This document shows, piece after piece, positions 50,983 through 59,359 of a stretch of DNA of 64,000 nt. The translations under genes were made by a program, and so were the position numbers. The DNA lies in IMG/VR virus record IMGVR_UViG_3300021197_000882; one strand, given 5' to 3'. Origin of the DNA: an uncultured virus (IMG/VR IMGVR_UViG_3300021197_000882). Taxonomy: Duplodnaviria > Heunggongvirae > Uroviricota > Caudoviricetes. How positions within the stretch are numbered: the stretch's first letter is position 1; each line of letters starts with the position of its first letter. Under the pieces are notes generated by a model, which was not told where the DNA came from, did no database searches, and saw nothing but the letters and a program-made list of their open reading frames with translations.

Positions 50983-51210
50983 TTATTTCTCCTTAATTAG
51001 TGGTGGGATGTAATCTTTATCATAAAGAACAAACAATTCATTATGACAGTGACTACATAATTGAACTAGAATACTATCTTCTATTTCTTCTAGTTCCATA
51101 GTTTTGAATTCCATAAATATCAAGGAGGATGCCACCAATCCACACTTGTAACATTTAGGAACTTTTTCTTTTCGTTCTTTTACAAAGAACTGCTTTAGCC
51201 AATTAAACAT
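50983..51210 (-). CDS. small zinc-binding protein
   Basis: CYKC...CSHC. Confidence 0.6.
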   Translation of the reverse strand: MFNWLKQFFVKERKEKVPKCYKCGLVASSLIFMEFKTMELEEIEDSILVQLCSHCHNELFVLYDKDYIPPLIKEK

Positions 51211-51222
51211 ATTATCAACTCC

Positions 51223-51314
51223 AATGGGGGGAATAGCGGGTCATGTATGAAAGAGTAGACCCTACGAGTTTGTCGAAAGGAAATTGCTATTCATTACTCT
51301 CTTAAAACCCCATT
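51223..51314. ncRNA. candidate pseudoknotted intergenic RNA element
   Basis: three nested stems and one crossing stem readable by eye (see findings). Confidence 0.5.
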
Positions 51315-51319
51315 TAGTT

Positions 51320-52564
51320 TCAGTCCTTTTGCTCCGCTAATAGCCGACTAATCAACTTAGAAGCGGCGTGTTTGGACTTAACAGAATCAGTGTTCTCATA
51401 TCCTAAGTTTATTAGGAATTTAATTTGTTTTGGCGTAGCGGGAGAAACAAGAACTCTTCGTAGAGTTTGTATCTGTCTGTCGGATAGTTCTTTTTTTCTC
51501 GACATTTGAGTTTTAATACTACTCAAGAACTTCCTTTCCCACTCATTAGTTGCTGTATCTAAATTAAATGCCTCTATACCGTAGTATTGACACATTTCAT
51601 CAAATGCGGCATCATTAGATTGAAGATTGGCTTCTTCTCTAGCCTTTTGTACTAACGCTTCTTTCTTTTCTGCTAGTCGTCTTTCTTCTCTTCTAATTCT
51701 CCTTTCTTCTTCTCTAGCGGCTTCTGCGGCTTCTCTAGCAGGTCTTTCTTCTTCCCACTTTCTATTTCGTTCTACCTCTTCTGCCTTTCTTTTTTCAGCA
51801 ATCATTCTTCTACGATTAGCAATTTCAAGTTTCTTCTCCTCAAGTTTTAATTGGGACTCATGAAACTTAGCAATACCGTCTTTGTGTCTTAGGAATAAGA
51901 GATTAATATCGTCCATAAGTTTTTTGTTAGGATAGCCGTGAACTCTTTGTTGGTTCTTTGGGTTATCCGGATGGTTCCATCTCCAAACAATAGAAGCCAT
52001 TTGGTAGTTAGGGTCTCCAAAGATTCCTTTGCCCTTCTTTCTTAGAATAAGTTTTCGTCTGCTCATTTCTAGTGAACTGTCCCAATACCAATCTGCTGTT
52101 CTAGTGTTAGTCCATAAATCATATTCTTTTACAAAGTCAAATCTTTCTTCAAATTTCTCTCCGTTTTCAGCCCACCATGCTTCTGCTTTCATTGAACCTA
52201 CTCTAACTTTAATCCATTCTGCGACCTGTTCATCAGTCACTAAACCTACATCTATCTTTAGTTCTTCAGCAATTTGCCTCATAATTAGATAAGAATTAAT
52301 ATGGTCACTACCTACAACTTCTTCATTACCATTCTCGGTGTTTCTAATATGAAAGTGATATACAATACCATGACCACATAAACAGTGATTTTGGTGTTCT
52401 GTATTACTAACCCATTCGGGTGTTTGACCATTACCACTCCACCAAACATTACCAGTTGCTATCCATTCGTGTTTAGCCTCATCGTAATTATCTGATACTG
52501 ATAATTCTAGCATTCTTCTCTTTAGGATTCTATCCCATCTTCCTTCTCCTAGTTCTCTTTTCAT
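51320..52564 (-). CDS. hypothetical protein with N-terminal Zn motif and charged helix
   Basis: CLCGHGI...VGSDH; E/R/K-rich helix; C-terminal ATPKQIKFL. Confidence 0.75.
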   Translation of the reverse strand: MKRELGEGRWDRILKRRMLELSVSDNYDEAKHEWIATGNVWWSGNGQTPEWVSNTEHQNHCLCGHGIVYHFHIRNTENGNEEVVGSDHINSYLIMRQIAEELKIDVGLVTDEQVAEWIKVRVGSMKAEAWWAENGEKFEERFDFVKEYDLWTNTRTADWYWDSSLEMSRRKLILRKKGKGIFGDPNYQMASIVWRWNHPDNPKNQQRVHGYPNKKLMDDINLLFLRHKDGIAKFHESQLKLEEKKLEIANRRRMIAEKRKAEEVERNRKWEEERPAREAAEAAREEERRIRREERRLAEKKEALVQKAREEANLQSNDAAFDEMCQYYGIEAFNLDTATNEWERKFLSSIKTQMSRKKELSDRQIQTLRRVLVSPATPKQIKFLINLGYENTDSVKSKHAASKLISRLLAEQKD

Positions 52565-52728
52565 TTTCTTCCCTCCTTAATATCTTGATACAGGTCTTTT
52601 ATTATTCCATCTACTAAACCTGTCAAGTCCATTTGTATTAGTTCTGCTAATAGTTCTTTTAATTCTTTTTCTTCTAGCAAGTCAATTATCATTTGACTTT
52701 TGCTATCATATCCAAGTTTCTCATACAT
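52561..52728 (-). CDS. 55 aa acidic protein (not in ORF track)
   Basis: MYEKLGYDSKSQMIIDLL...; GAGGG RBS and ATGA overlap. Confidence 0.55.
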   Translation of the reverse strand: MYEKLGYDSKSQMIIDLLEEKELKELLAELIQMDLTGLVDGIIKDLYQDIKEGRK

Positions 52729-52737
52729 ATTTTTCCC

Positions 52738-54180
52738 TCATACTTTCTTTGGTCTTTCACCAACATAGAATAGATTCTTCTTTGCTCTTGTTATGGCCAC
52801 ATAACATATATTATTTTCTTCTTGTCCACCTAAAGGATGTGGCATTCTTTCTGTTGCTAGAAGATAAACATTGTCGGCTTCTAGTCCTTTGGCTTTGTGA
52901 ACTGTTGAGAGCATAATCTCTCCTTCATCATTACCATCAAATACTCTTTTAATTTCTTCAATGATTCCACCAACGGTTGTTGTTTTGTGAGCGAAGATAC
53001 TTATACAATCTTTCCTGTCTTCTAAAGCAAGAGCCTTTGACTTCTTTTCTTGTTGAATAAATCGGTTGTAATTATACTTGAAATCCGATAAATACAGACT
53101 CCAAAATTCATCACTACCCATTTGGTGATTCTTGGTTACTTTCTCTACAGAATTGATAAGTCCCTTAGTCATATCTCGACCTAGAATATAGGCTGATTTA
53201 CCTTGACTAATCAAATCATAGAATGCGCTAACCAATGGTGCATTGTATCTACAAAGAACCATATCGTTTCTTTGAGGAGTAAATGGCGCAAATTCATTTA
53301 CGCTACCGTCTTCTGCATCATCATGAGCATAGAATTCTTTTACATATCTGTTTGCTTCTGCAACTACTGATGTAGGGCATCTCCATGTAATACTTAGTGA
53401 AAAGTCATTTACTTCTCTTTCTCCTTTCTTAACTAGTCTGTCTCTAAACATAGACATTGAATTAGAATCTGCTCCTCTAAAGCCATAGATTGCTTGGTTT
53501 CTATCACCAACAATAATGCATCGACCACCATTAACACAGCGAGAAATAAGTTCTCTTTGTGCTTCATTGAAGTCCTGTGCTTCATCTACAAACATTACAT
53601 CATAATGAGGTAGTGGGTATTCGTTTACCAATGGTAGCCAAATCATATCATCAAAATCAATTATCCCTGTCTGTGTCCTACACATATTTAGGATGGCAGG
53701 GATAGATTGTATTGAAAGAGTTTCTTCTCTGTCCGAATTGAAATTGATATTGTACTCATCAATCAAACTTAGAATTGATTTGACATCTTTACCTTCAATC
53801 ATAGAACCCTTGACTAGAGATACTAGTTTCTTCAAAGGTACCACATTGAAATCTTTACCTAGCAACTCACGAATGATGTTTGTTAGTTTGTAGTTGTTTA
53901 CTTTAGTTTTGATACCTGCTTTTCTTATTGCTGCAAAACCAAATGCATGAAATGTTTTTGCTTCAACATCTTCCGGCAGTCTCTTTTGTAGTTCGTTTGC
54001 GATAGATTTGTTGAATGCTAAGAAAGCGGATTTTTTACCGTCTATTCTTTTTGCTCCTTCAACTATAGTGAATGTCTTTCCTGTTCCTGCACCGGCATTT
54101 ACCATTACATGACCTTCACCATTTTCTATTTCATTCCATATTGCTTCCTGTTCTTGTGTTCCTGTTATCATATTTTTCAC
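52738..54180 (-). CDS. UvrD/Rep-family SF1 helicase
   Basis: AGAGTGKT, VDEAQD, VGDRNQAIYGFRGA, STVHKAKGLE, YVAITRAK. Confidence 0.95.
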   Translation of the reverse strand: MKNMITGTQEQEAIWNEIENGEGHVMVNAGAGTGKTFTIVEGAKRIDGKKSAFLAFNKSIANELQKRLPEDVEAKTFHAFGFAAIRKAGIKTKVNNYKLTNIIRELLGKDFNVVPLKKLVSLVKGSMIEGKDVKSILSLIDEYNINFNSDREETLSIQSIPAILNMCRTQTGIIDFDDMIWLPLVNEYPLPHYDVMFVDEAQDFNEAQRELISRCVNGGRCIIVGDRNQAIYGFRGADSNSMSMFRDRLVKKGEREVNDFSLSITWRCPTSVVAEANRYVKEFYAHDDAEDGSVNEFAPFTPQRNDMVLCRYNAPLVSAFYDLISQGKSAYILGRDMTKGLINSVEKVTKNHQMGSDEFWSLYLSDFKYNYNRFIQQEKKSKALALEDRKDCISIFAHKTTTVGGIIEEIKRVFDGNDEGEIMLSTVHKAKGLEADNVYLLATERMPHPLGGQEENNICYVAITRAKKNLFYVGERPKKV

Positions 54181-54195
54181 TTTCCTTTCTGTGGT

Positions 54196-54415
54196 GAAAC
54201 CTTAGTGGCAACTGCCGCATTTGGAATTAACCAAACCGCATTACTTCTTTGTCGCCCATGTTGCCACTAAAGTTTCTGTGACTAGTGTATTGATTAAACT
54301 CATCAATGCTGATGGTTGGCACAATCCCGTTCTAGTCACCCTTGGATGGGGGGGTTGCATTATACCCCCACCCCATGAGGGTCGAACCTTGTTTGAAACA
54401 ATGAAAAAGGTTTCA
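54196..54415. ncRNA. candidate structured RNA or leader upstream of helicase
   Basis: four consecutive stem-loops, including an 11-bp and an 8-bp perfect stem. Confidence 0.5.
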
Positions 54416-54437
54416 CTAAATCTATAAGTCTAATGAA

Positions 54438-54938
54438 TCAATACAGTGAGGGAATTCTGCCATCCCACTCACCACTTTCTACCATAGAGTTGAGCGTGTC
54501 TCTTAGTCGTTTTACCATAACTCTAGAATAGTCCTCTACTCCGTCATAGTTTCCACCGCCACTCTTTTGATGTTTCTTTAGAATCTTTTCGTAATATGGC
54601 CTACTTTCGAAAAAGGTTGCATAGTCATCATGAGCATCTATACAAATAGAGTCTATTGATATTCTAGCATGGGCTGGGTGCTTTGATTTAAGCCCTCTTC
54701 GGAAAGGTGTCCCATTTCTATTCTTTAGCATGTCCTTGATGCTTTTCTCAACCCTTCCTCTTTCTTCTACCATTGACTTACCCAACTCGATATTCATATT
54801 CACAATATCAACAATTGATTTAGGTAATTCAGCCTCTTTCATGAATTCTGTAGCATCGTAAACTAATGCTTCCCATGCGTTATTTTCTGCCTGTTGTTGG
54901 CTATTTGTCTCTGCTATTTCTTCATCCTCTTTGCGCAT
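54438..54938 (-). CDS. GGNY-family paralogue 1, probably leaderless
   Basis: shares NIELG, GGNY with ORFs 55746 and 56556; TTTAAATA about 25-30 nt upstream of ATG. Confidence 0.75.
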   Translation of the reverse strand: MRKEDEEIAETNSQQQAENNAWEALVYDATEFMKEAELPKSIVDIVNMNIELGKSMVEERGRVEKSIKDMLKNRNGTPFRRGLKSKHPAHARISIDSICIDAHDDYATFFESRPYYEKILKKHQKSGGGNYDGVEDYSRVMVKRLRDTLNSMVESGEWDGRIPSLY

Positions 54939-55099
54939 AACACAAAATAAAGGCTTCCCATATTTAAACTACCCTATTGTTTATTATATTCTCTGTTTCG
55001 CCAATTAATGCAATTAGTGTAAAAAACCCATACGGTTAAAATATATTTCGTTAAGCAAACTAAGAATAAAGACAAAACTAAGAATTTATCTTATTTGGC

Positions 55100-55400
55100 T
55101 ATGTGTCCGGAAAATACATCCTGTCACCGGATATTGGGTTATGCAACATAACTGGTTCATAATGAGGTCAAACCTGCATATTTATTCGTCCTGTCCTGTC
55201 CGGACTTACCCCCCTCTCTCTCTCTCTCTACTACTCTCTACCTCTCTAGGGGATAATAACAATAGAATGCTATATACCCTACCGGATATATAGGATATAG
55301 GATATATTAATATTATATATTAATAATGTTACATAACTACTACACTATGCCTTTCTTATGTCCTATCCGGCCTTTTTTTCACCACCGGACGCATCCACCA
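55100..55400. repeat. cluster of CCGG(A)/TCCTGTC/TAGGATA short repeats and a (CT)n tract
   Basis: CCGG at 55107, 55127, 55200, 55282, 55367, 55385; TCCTGTC three times; CT microsatellite about 55214-55229. Confidence 0.7.
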
Positions 55401-55632
55401 ACTTTGAAAGATTGAGTCTCAGGGCATTCTGACGATTTTGCACCCTTCGATATCTATCCTATATAGTATAGTAATATAGTATATAATAATAACATATTTA
55501 TTCACATAAGTTCAATTGAAAAGGGCTATGAGTTTAATGGCCTTATTTAGAGAATATATTTCTATACTAATTAGTGTAGATAAGGTGGTTAGTTTTAGGA
55601 GTCGCCTATGTTTAACGACTACTCTTCCCACA

Positions 55633-55642
55633 ACCATATGGT
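55633..55642. promoter_or_regulatory. palindromic box ACCATATGGT, copy 1
   Basis: core CCATATGG recurs four times in 3 kb, always just upstream of a transcription unit. Confidence 0.65.
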
Positions 55643-55745
55643 ACTAAGTGACACTTTGTAGAACGGCATACCTTAAATCAACCACCCATATAGTTAGTGC
55701 TTCGAAGGGAATAAGAGGCACCACCACTAGAAAGGAAGTGAAAAA

Positions 55746-56342
55746 ATGCAAGAAACAAGATTTATAGAAAACGCTGCGAAGGTAGAAGCATGGATTAATG
55801 CTCTACCGGAAGAAGTCACTACGGTTCGTAAGAATCAAATGAGGCTCAACCAAATAACCGATAACATTGAACTGGGTCTAGATGATTCAGCAGATGATGA
55901 GGAAAGAACACTTTGTTGGACTACTATGTCCAAGAATGGTGCATACTTTGCTAAAAACTACTCTACGCTTGAGGCATTCCCAAAAGCGAGAATGGGACGA
56001 GCAGACAGGTACCCAACCGAACTCCGAATTATAATGACTACTTCTTCCCAAGAATACAAGAGTGCTTTACTGGCTCTCCCTACTGAAGTCCAACAGATGC
56101 TAATTAACTACAACCTCCCACATGGCAGAACTGGCGGAAATTATTCAACATATGAGAATTATGTTGACCATTTGGTCAGTGTTTCAGTTAGAAACATGGA
56201 AGCCTCCATTGATGAAGGTCGAAACATAGTCGATAAAAAGGGTGTTTGGGTCGTTAAAGAGGGACTACCTCAAATGACTCCACCACCAACAAAAGAAGAG
56301 AAAGAAGCCGCTATTGCTAAAATAGAGGAGTCTAATGAGTGA
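55746..56342 (+). CDS. GGNY-family paralogue 2
   Basis: NIELG, LCW, FPKARMGR, GGNY, RNM...EGR. Confidence 0.8.
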   Translation: MQETRFIENAAKVEAWINALPEEVTTVRKNQMRLNQITDNIELGLDDSADDEERTLCWTTMSKNGAYFAKNYSTLEAFPKARMGRADRYPTELRIIMTTSSQEYKSALLALPTEVQQMLINYNLPHGRTGGNYSTYENYVDHLVSVSVRNMEASIDEGRNIVDKKGVWVVKEGLPQMTPPPTKEEKEAAIAKIEESNE

Positions 56343-56368
56343 TTCTCACTTATTCCCTTCGTCGCCCA

Positions 56369-56420
56369 AACGGGAGAACTGATTAATTTCGGTTCTCCCG
56401 TTCCTTTTTTTTATTTTTTT
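56369..56420 (+). terminator. hairpin plus T-tract terminator
   Basis: AACGGGAGAACTGA / TCGGTTCTCCCGTT then long T-run. Confidence 0.85.
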
Positions 56421-56463
56421 AACTTTTTAGCCCCTCACCACCCAGCAAATAACAAAGTAAGCA

Positions 56464-56477
56464 CAACCATATGGTTG
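56464..56477. promoter_or_regulatory. palindromic box CAACCATATGGTTG, copy 2
   Basis: 14-bp perfect palindrome upstream of ORF 56556. Confidence 0.65.
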
Positions 56478-56555
56478 CTTTGCATACCTTAGAACCTATA
56501 ATATACCCACCTGTACTATTAGTGCTTCGAGTGGTAGTAGACTCAAAACAAGGAG

Positions 56556-57101
56556 ATGAAAAATATGAAAGTAGAAAATTGGATGAAGATGTCAACTCAA
56601 GTACATGCTTGGTTGGCTAAAGAGAAAAGAGGCGCAAGGGGTAAAATTATTGGTCTACAACTGGAACTAGGTGATGATGTTGTAAACGATGTTGATTTTA
56701 CCACTGAAGAAAAAGAAGAAGAGTTAGGCCTATGTTGGTCTGTTTGTCGAGATAACGGTAAGAGATGGGATGATTTCCCAAAAGCGAGAATTGGTCGAGA
56801 ATCAATTTTACCTGTCGAATTGTCGGGTATTGCCGAGACTGCAATGACTCAACTTCAAGATGCATTTGCCAACTTGCCTACTAATGTAATTACTATTCTA
56901 TTGAATACATTTTACATGGGATTAGGTAGAAGAGGCGGTAACTATGAAACCATTGATGATTTAACAGGATATGTTCAAAATCATTGTATGCGTAATATGG
57001 TTACAGCATTTAAGGAAGGAAGATTTGTCGAAGGAGACGAAAACGGACTACCAAAGGTAGAAGCACCACCTTTGAAGAATAACTCGGAGGAAGCCGAGTA
57101 A
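56556..57101 (+). CDS. GGNY-family paralogue 3
   Basis: QLELG, LCW, FPKARIGR, GGNY, RNM...EGR; AAGGAG RBS. Confidence 0.8.
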   Translation: MKNMKVENWMKMSTQVHAWLAKEKRGARGKIIGLQLELGDDVVNDVDFTTEEKEEELGLCWSVCRDNGKRWDDFPKARIGRESILPVELSGIAETAMTQLQDAFANLPTNVITILLNTFYMGLGRRGGNYETIDDLTGYVQNHCMRNMVTAFKEGRFVEGDENGLPKVEAPPLKNNSEEAE

Positions 57102-57135
57102 GCGTGAGTGAGTTTACTACCACTCGTCGCCCATA

Positions 57136-57184
57136 GCGGGAGATTAGATGAAATACTCTAGTCTCCCGCCATTTTTTTTATTTT
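57136..57184 (+). terminator. hairpin plus T-tract terminator
   Basis: GCGGGAGATTAGA / TCTAGTCTCCCGC then T-run. Confidence 0.85.
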
Positions 57185-57211
57185 CATCACGATTTAAGTA
57201 ATGCAAAGCAT

Positions 57212-57223
57212 TACCATATGGTA
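57212..57223. promoter_or_regulatory. palindromic box TACCATATGGTA, copy 3
   Basis: 12-bp perfect palindrome preceded by GCAAAGCA. Confidence 0.65.
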
Positions 57224-57277
57224 CTAGGATTCCTTTGGAAGCCGACATACCCTAAGAAAACCGTGATTAATATTAAC

Positions 57278-58045
57278 ATGTCAGTAATATACAGAAGAAC
57301 ATTTAACCTAACCTATAGTAATGGAGAAACCATTACAGATAGTGAAAAAGCACTATTTTGGAACTACCTAAAAGACCATCAAGTATTTACTACTTGTAAT
57401 CCAACAGGCGAAAACCATTTTGGTGCAGAAGTAATACAAGATAACAAAGTGGAATATCAACTATGGCTAGATGACGAAACACCAGTAGGTGAACCATTAG
57501 ACTATCTTATGTATGTTCATTCGACTATGGCTACCTTTAAGGAAGTCTACCCTAATATAAAATACACCCATAAAGAAGTTGTTGGGGATGTAGAAGTAAT
57601 GATTCTACCGGAAAACAGGACTCTTATTCTTAGCAATAAGGCACTTGCTTCTTTAAGTCACACTAGGGCATCTACGGATAATATTGTTCTTGCCTACCAT
57701 GACGAAGAAATAGTAGTTAGAGTATCAGTTTGGTTTCATTCTTGGGGTGGCGGTATTGATTTAGATTTTAATATAGAATACCGTACTGATAGACCGGCGA
57801 TTAAACTTATGGTTGAGAAAACTATGACTGATGTACCTAATTCAGTCATGGGTTTTATCCAAGCAAGAGTAGAAGAGGCAATATCATTTTCCTGTAATAA
57901 TCAATCTATTGTAGATAATCCCACAATAGACTGTAACTTTGAATGCGTTAATAGTTCAAAGAGTGAATGTGATATTAGCGTTGTTAATAAAACAAGAGAT
58001 GCAATAAAGATATACCGAAAGAGATACGGGAGTGAAGAAGAATGA
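57278..58045 (+). CDS. hypothetical protein
   Basis: long ORF; the track start at 57218 is the ATG inside the palindrome, so ATG 57278 is more plausible. Confidence 0.7.
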   Translation: MSVIYRRTFNLTYSNGETITDSEKALFWNYLKDHQVFTTCNPTGENHFGAEVIQDNKVEYQLWLDDETPVGEPLDYLMYVHSTMATFKEVYPNIKYTHKEVVGDVEVMILPENRTLILSNKALASLSHTRASTDNIVLAYHDEEIVVRVSVWFHSWGGGIDLDFNIEYRTDRPAIKLMVEKTMTDVPNSVMGFIQARVEEAISFSCNNQSIVDNPTIDCNFECVNSSKSECDISVVNKTRDAIKIYRKRYGSEEE

Positions 58046-58188
58046 CAACATATAAAATAATAAGATTTAGAGAAGGAAGAGGAAAAATGACAATAAAAAC
58101 GGGTTTAACTTTAGAAGAAGCACAAGCCCATTGTCAAGATGATGAAACACATGGAGATGGTTGGTTTGACGGTTACACTGAAGAATAA
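58042..58188 (+). CDS. 48 aa hypothetical protein (not in ORF track)
   Basis: MTTYKIIRF...TGLTLEEAQAHCQDDETHGDGWFDGYTEE; ATGA overlap. Confidence 0.65.
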   Translation: MTTYKIIRFREGRGKMTIKTGLTLEEAQAHCQDDETHGDGWFDGYTEE

Positions 58189-58304
58189 ACTCATTAACAT
58201 TGTATCACTTGAATGTGCTAGAACAGACCATAGTTTTGACTTAGCACATTGTAAGATTTGCATGAAGAGAAGAAATTCCTAACTGACAAAAAGAACAGTC
58301 TTTG

Positions 58305-58540
58305 GCGGTTTACCTGTTTATTAAATTAAACCGTCGCCCATTCCAATAACCCGTAAGGTGGCCACTTAAGTTATAGTGAAACAAAGGCGAACATCTTAGA
58401 TGAACTCTACTAAGAGTCGAACGAATAGATTAATTATGCTAGAGTTACAATACTAGTTATGTAACTACAATAGCATCCCTTATTCAGAATCAACGCATAG
58501 ATAGTCTAAGATTAGTAGCCGGAGTTTCATTTTGTTTTTT
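58305..58540 (+). ncRNA. candidate multi-stem non-coding RNA
   Basis: several nested stems in an ORF-free stretch ending in a T-tract. Confidence 0.45.
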
Positions 58541-58571
58541 TACTAATCGGTATGGGGTGTGCAAAGCACAA

Positions 58572-58579
58572 CCATATGG
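58572..58579. promoter_or_regulatory. palindromic box CCATATGG, copy 4
   Basis: preceded by GCAAAGCACAA as in copies 2 and 3. Confidence 0.6.
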
Positions 58580-58807
58580 CTTTGTTTTCCAAATTTTTTA
58601 ATTTAAACTTTAAAGATTAGACTAAAAAGTCTATTATTTAGCCATTAAATTACCCTATTATAGAGACAATTACTATAAATGATGGCTAACTAGCCTCACA
58701 TTAGATGACACCCAGTATGGCTTTATCTAAAACGGACAATACTATTACTGGAAGTTACTAAAAGGTTAAGCATTATACTAAAAAGGCTGATTACAGAGGA
58801 ATAAGTT

Positions 58808-58957
58808 ATGAGTTGGAAGGATATAATTAAAACTAAAGAGCAGGAAGAAGAACTACCTGAAGATGTAAAAAGGGCTAGAGAGAGGATTAAACAAGGATTA
58901 CCTTCAAAAGAACAACCTCTTATTCCTCAATTTGAAGAACAAAGAACTACTGCTTAG
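58808..58957 (+). CDS. tagged array member 1 (MSWKDIIK), 49 aa (not in ORF track)
   Basis: ATG AGT TGG AAG GAT ATA ATT AAA ... TAG. Confidence 0.65.
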   Translation: MSWKDIIKTKEQEEELPEDVKRARERIKQGLPSKEQPLIPQFEEQRTTA

Positions 58958-59122
58958 AAATACTTAACTTTAATTTAGAACATAAACATTAAACAACAAA
59001 CAAATAAAGGATTTGATTTAAATGATATACTTTTATTCTGTAAATACAAAGTTTAAACTAAAAAATTTCTCGCTAGTGACAAACAAATTCCGCCACATTT
59101 TTCGAGAAAAAAGGTGATTGAC

Positions 59123-59359
59123 ATGACATGGAAAGATATACTAAAGTTTAATAAAAAATCCCTTGCGGATATAGCAGAAGAAATGGATAATATGATGGGT
59201 GGAAGAACTAAATTCCGTGAAGCCTATGAAGGCGGAAGATACGGTAATGATGAACAAGCCAAAACAAAAATGCTTATGCTATTAGATGAATTAAAAGATA
59301 CCGATAATTCAAAGGCAGGGCAACTAATTAATCACATTAAGGCTATGCCTTCCTTTTAG
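59123..59359 (+). CDS. tagged array member 2 (MTWKDILK)
   Basis: AGGTGA RBS, shared N-terminal tag. Confidence 0.8.
   Translation: MTWKDILKFNKKSLADIAEEMDNMMGGRTKFREAYEGGRYGNDEQAKTKMLMLLDELKDTDNSKAGQLINHIKAMPSF

Noticed and set aside
54221..54427. 68-aa + strand ORF
   Set aside because: TTG start with no RBS, opposite to flanking genes, and coincides with a run of hairpins better explained as RNA structure.
56359..56368. tRNA or tmRNA gene suggested by the ...CGCCCA ends
   Set aside because: No T-arm (GTTCRA) or cloverleaf precedes the CCA; no tRNA gene was recognised anywhere in the window.
57218..57277. N-terminal extension of ORF 57218..58045
   Set aside because: The ATG lies within the CCATATGG palindrome in promoter-like sequence; ATG 57278 is preferred.
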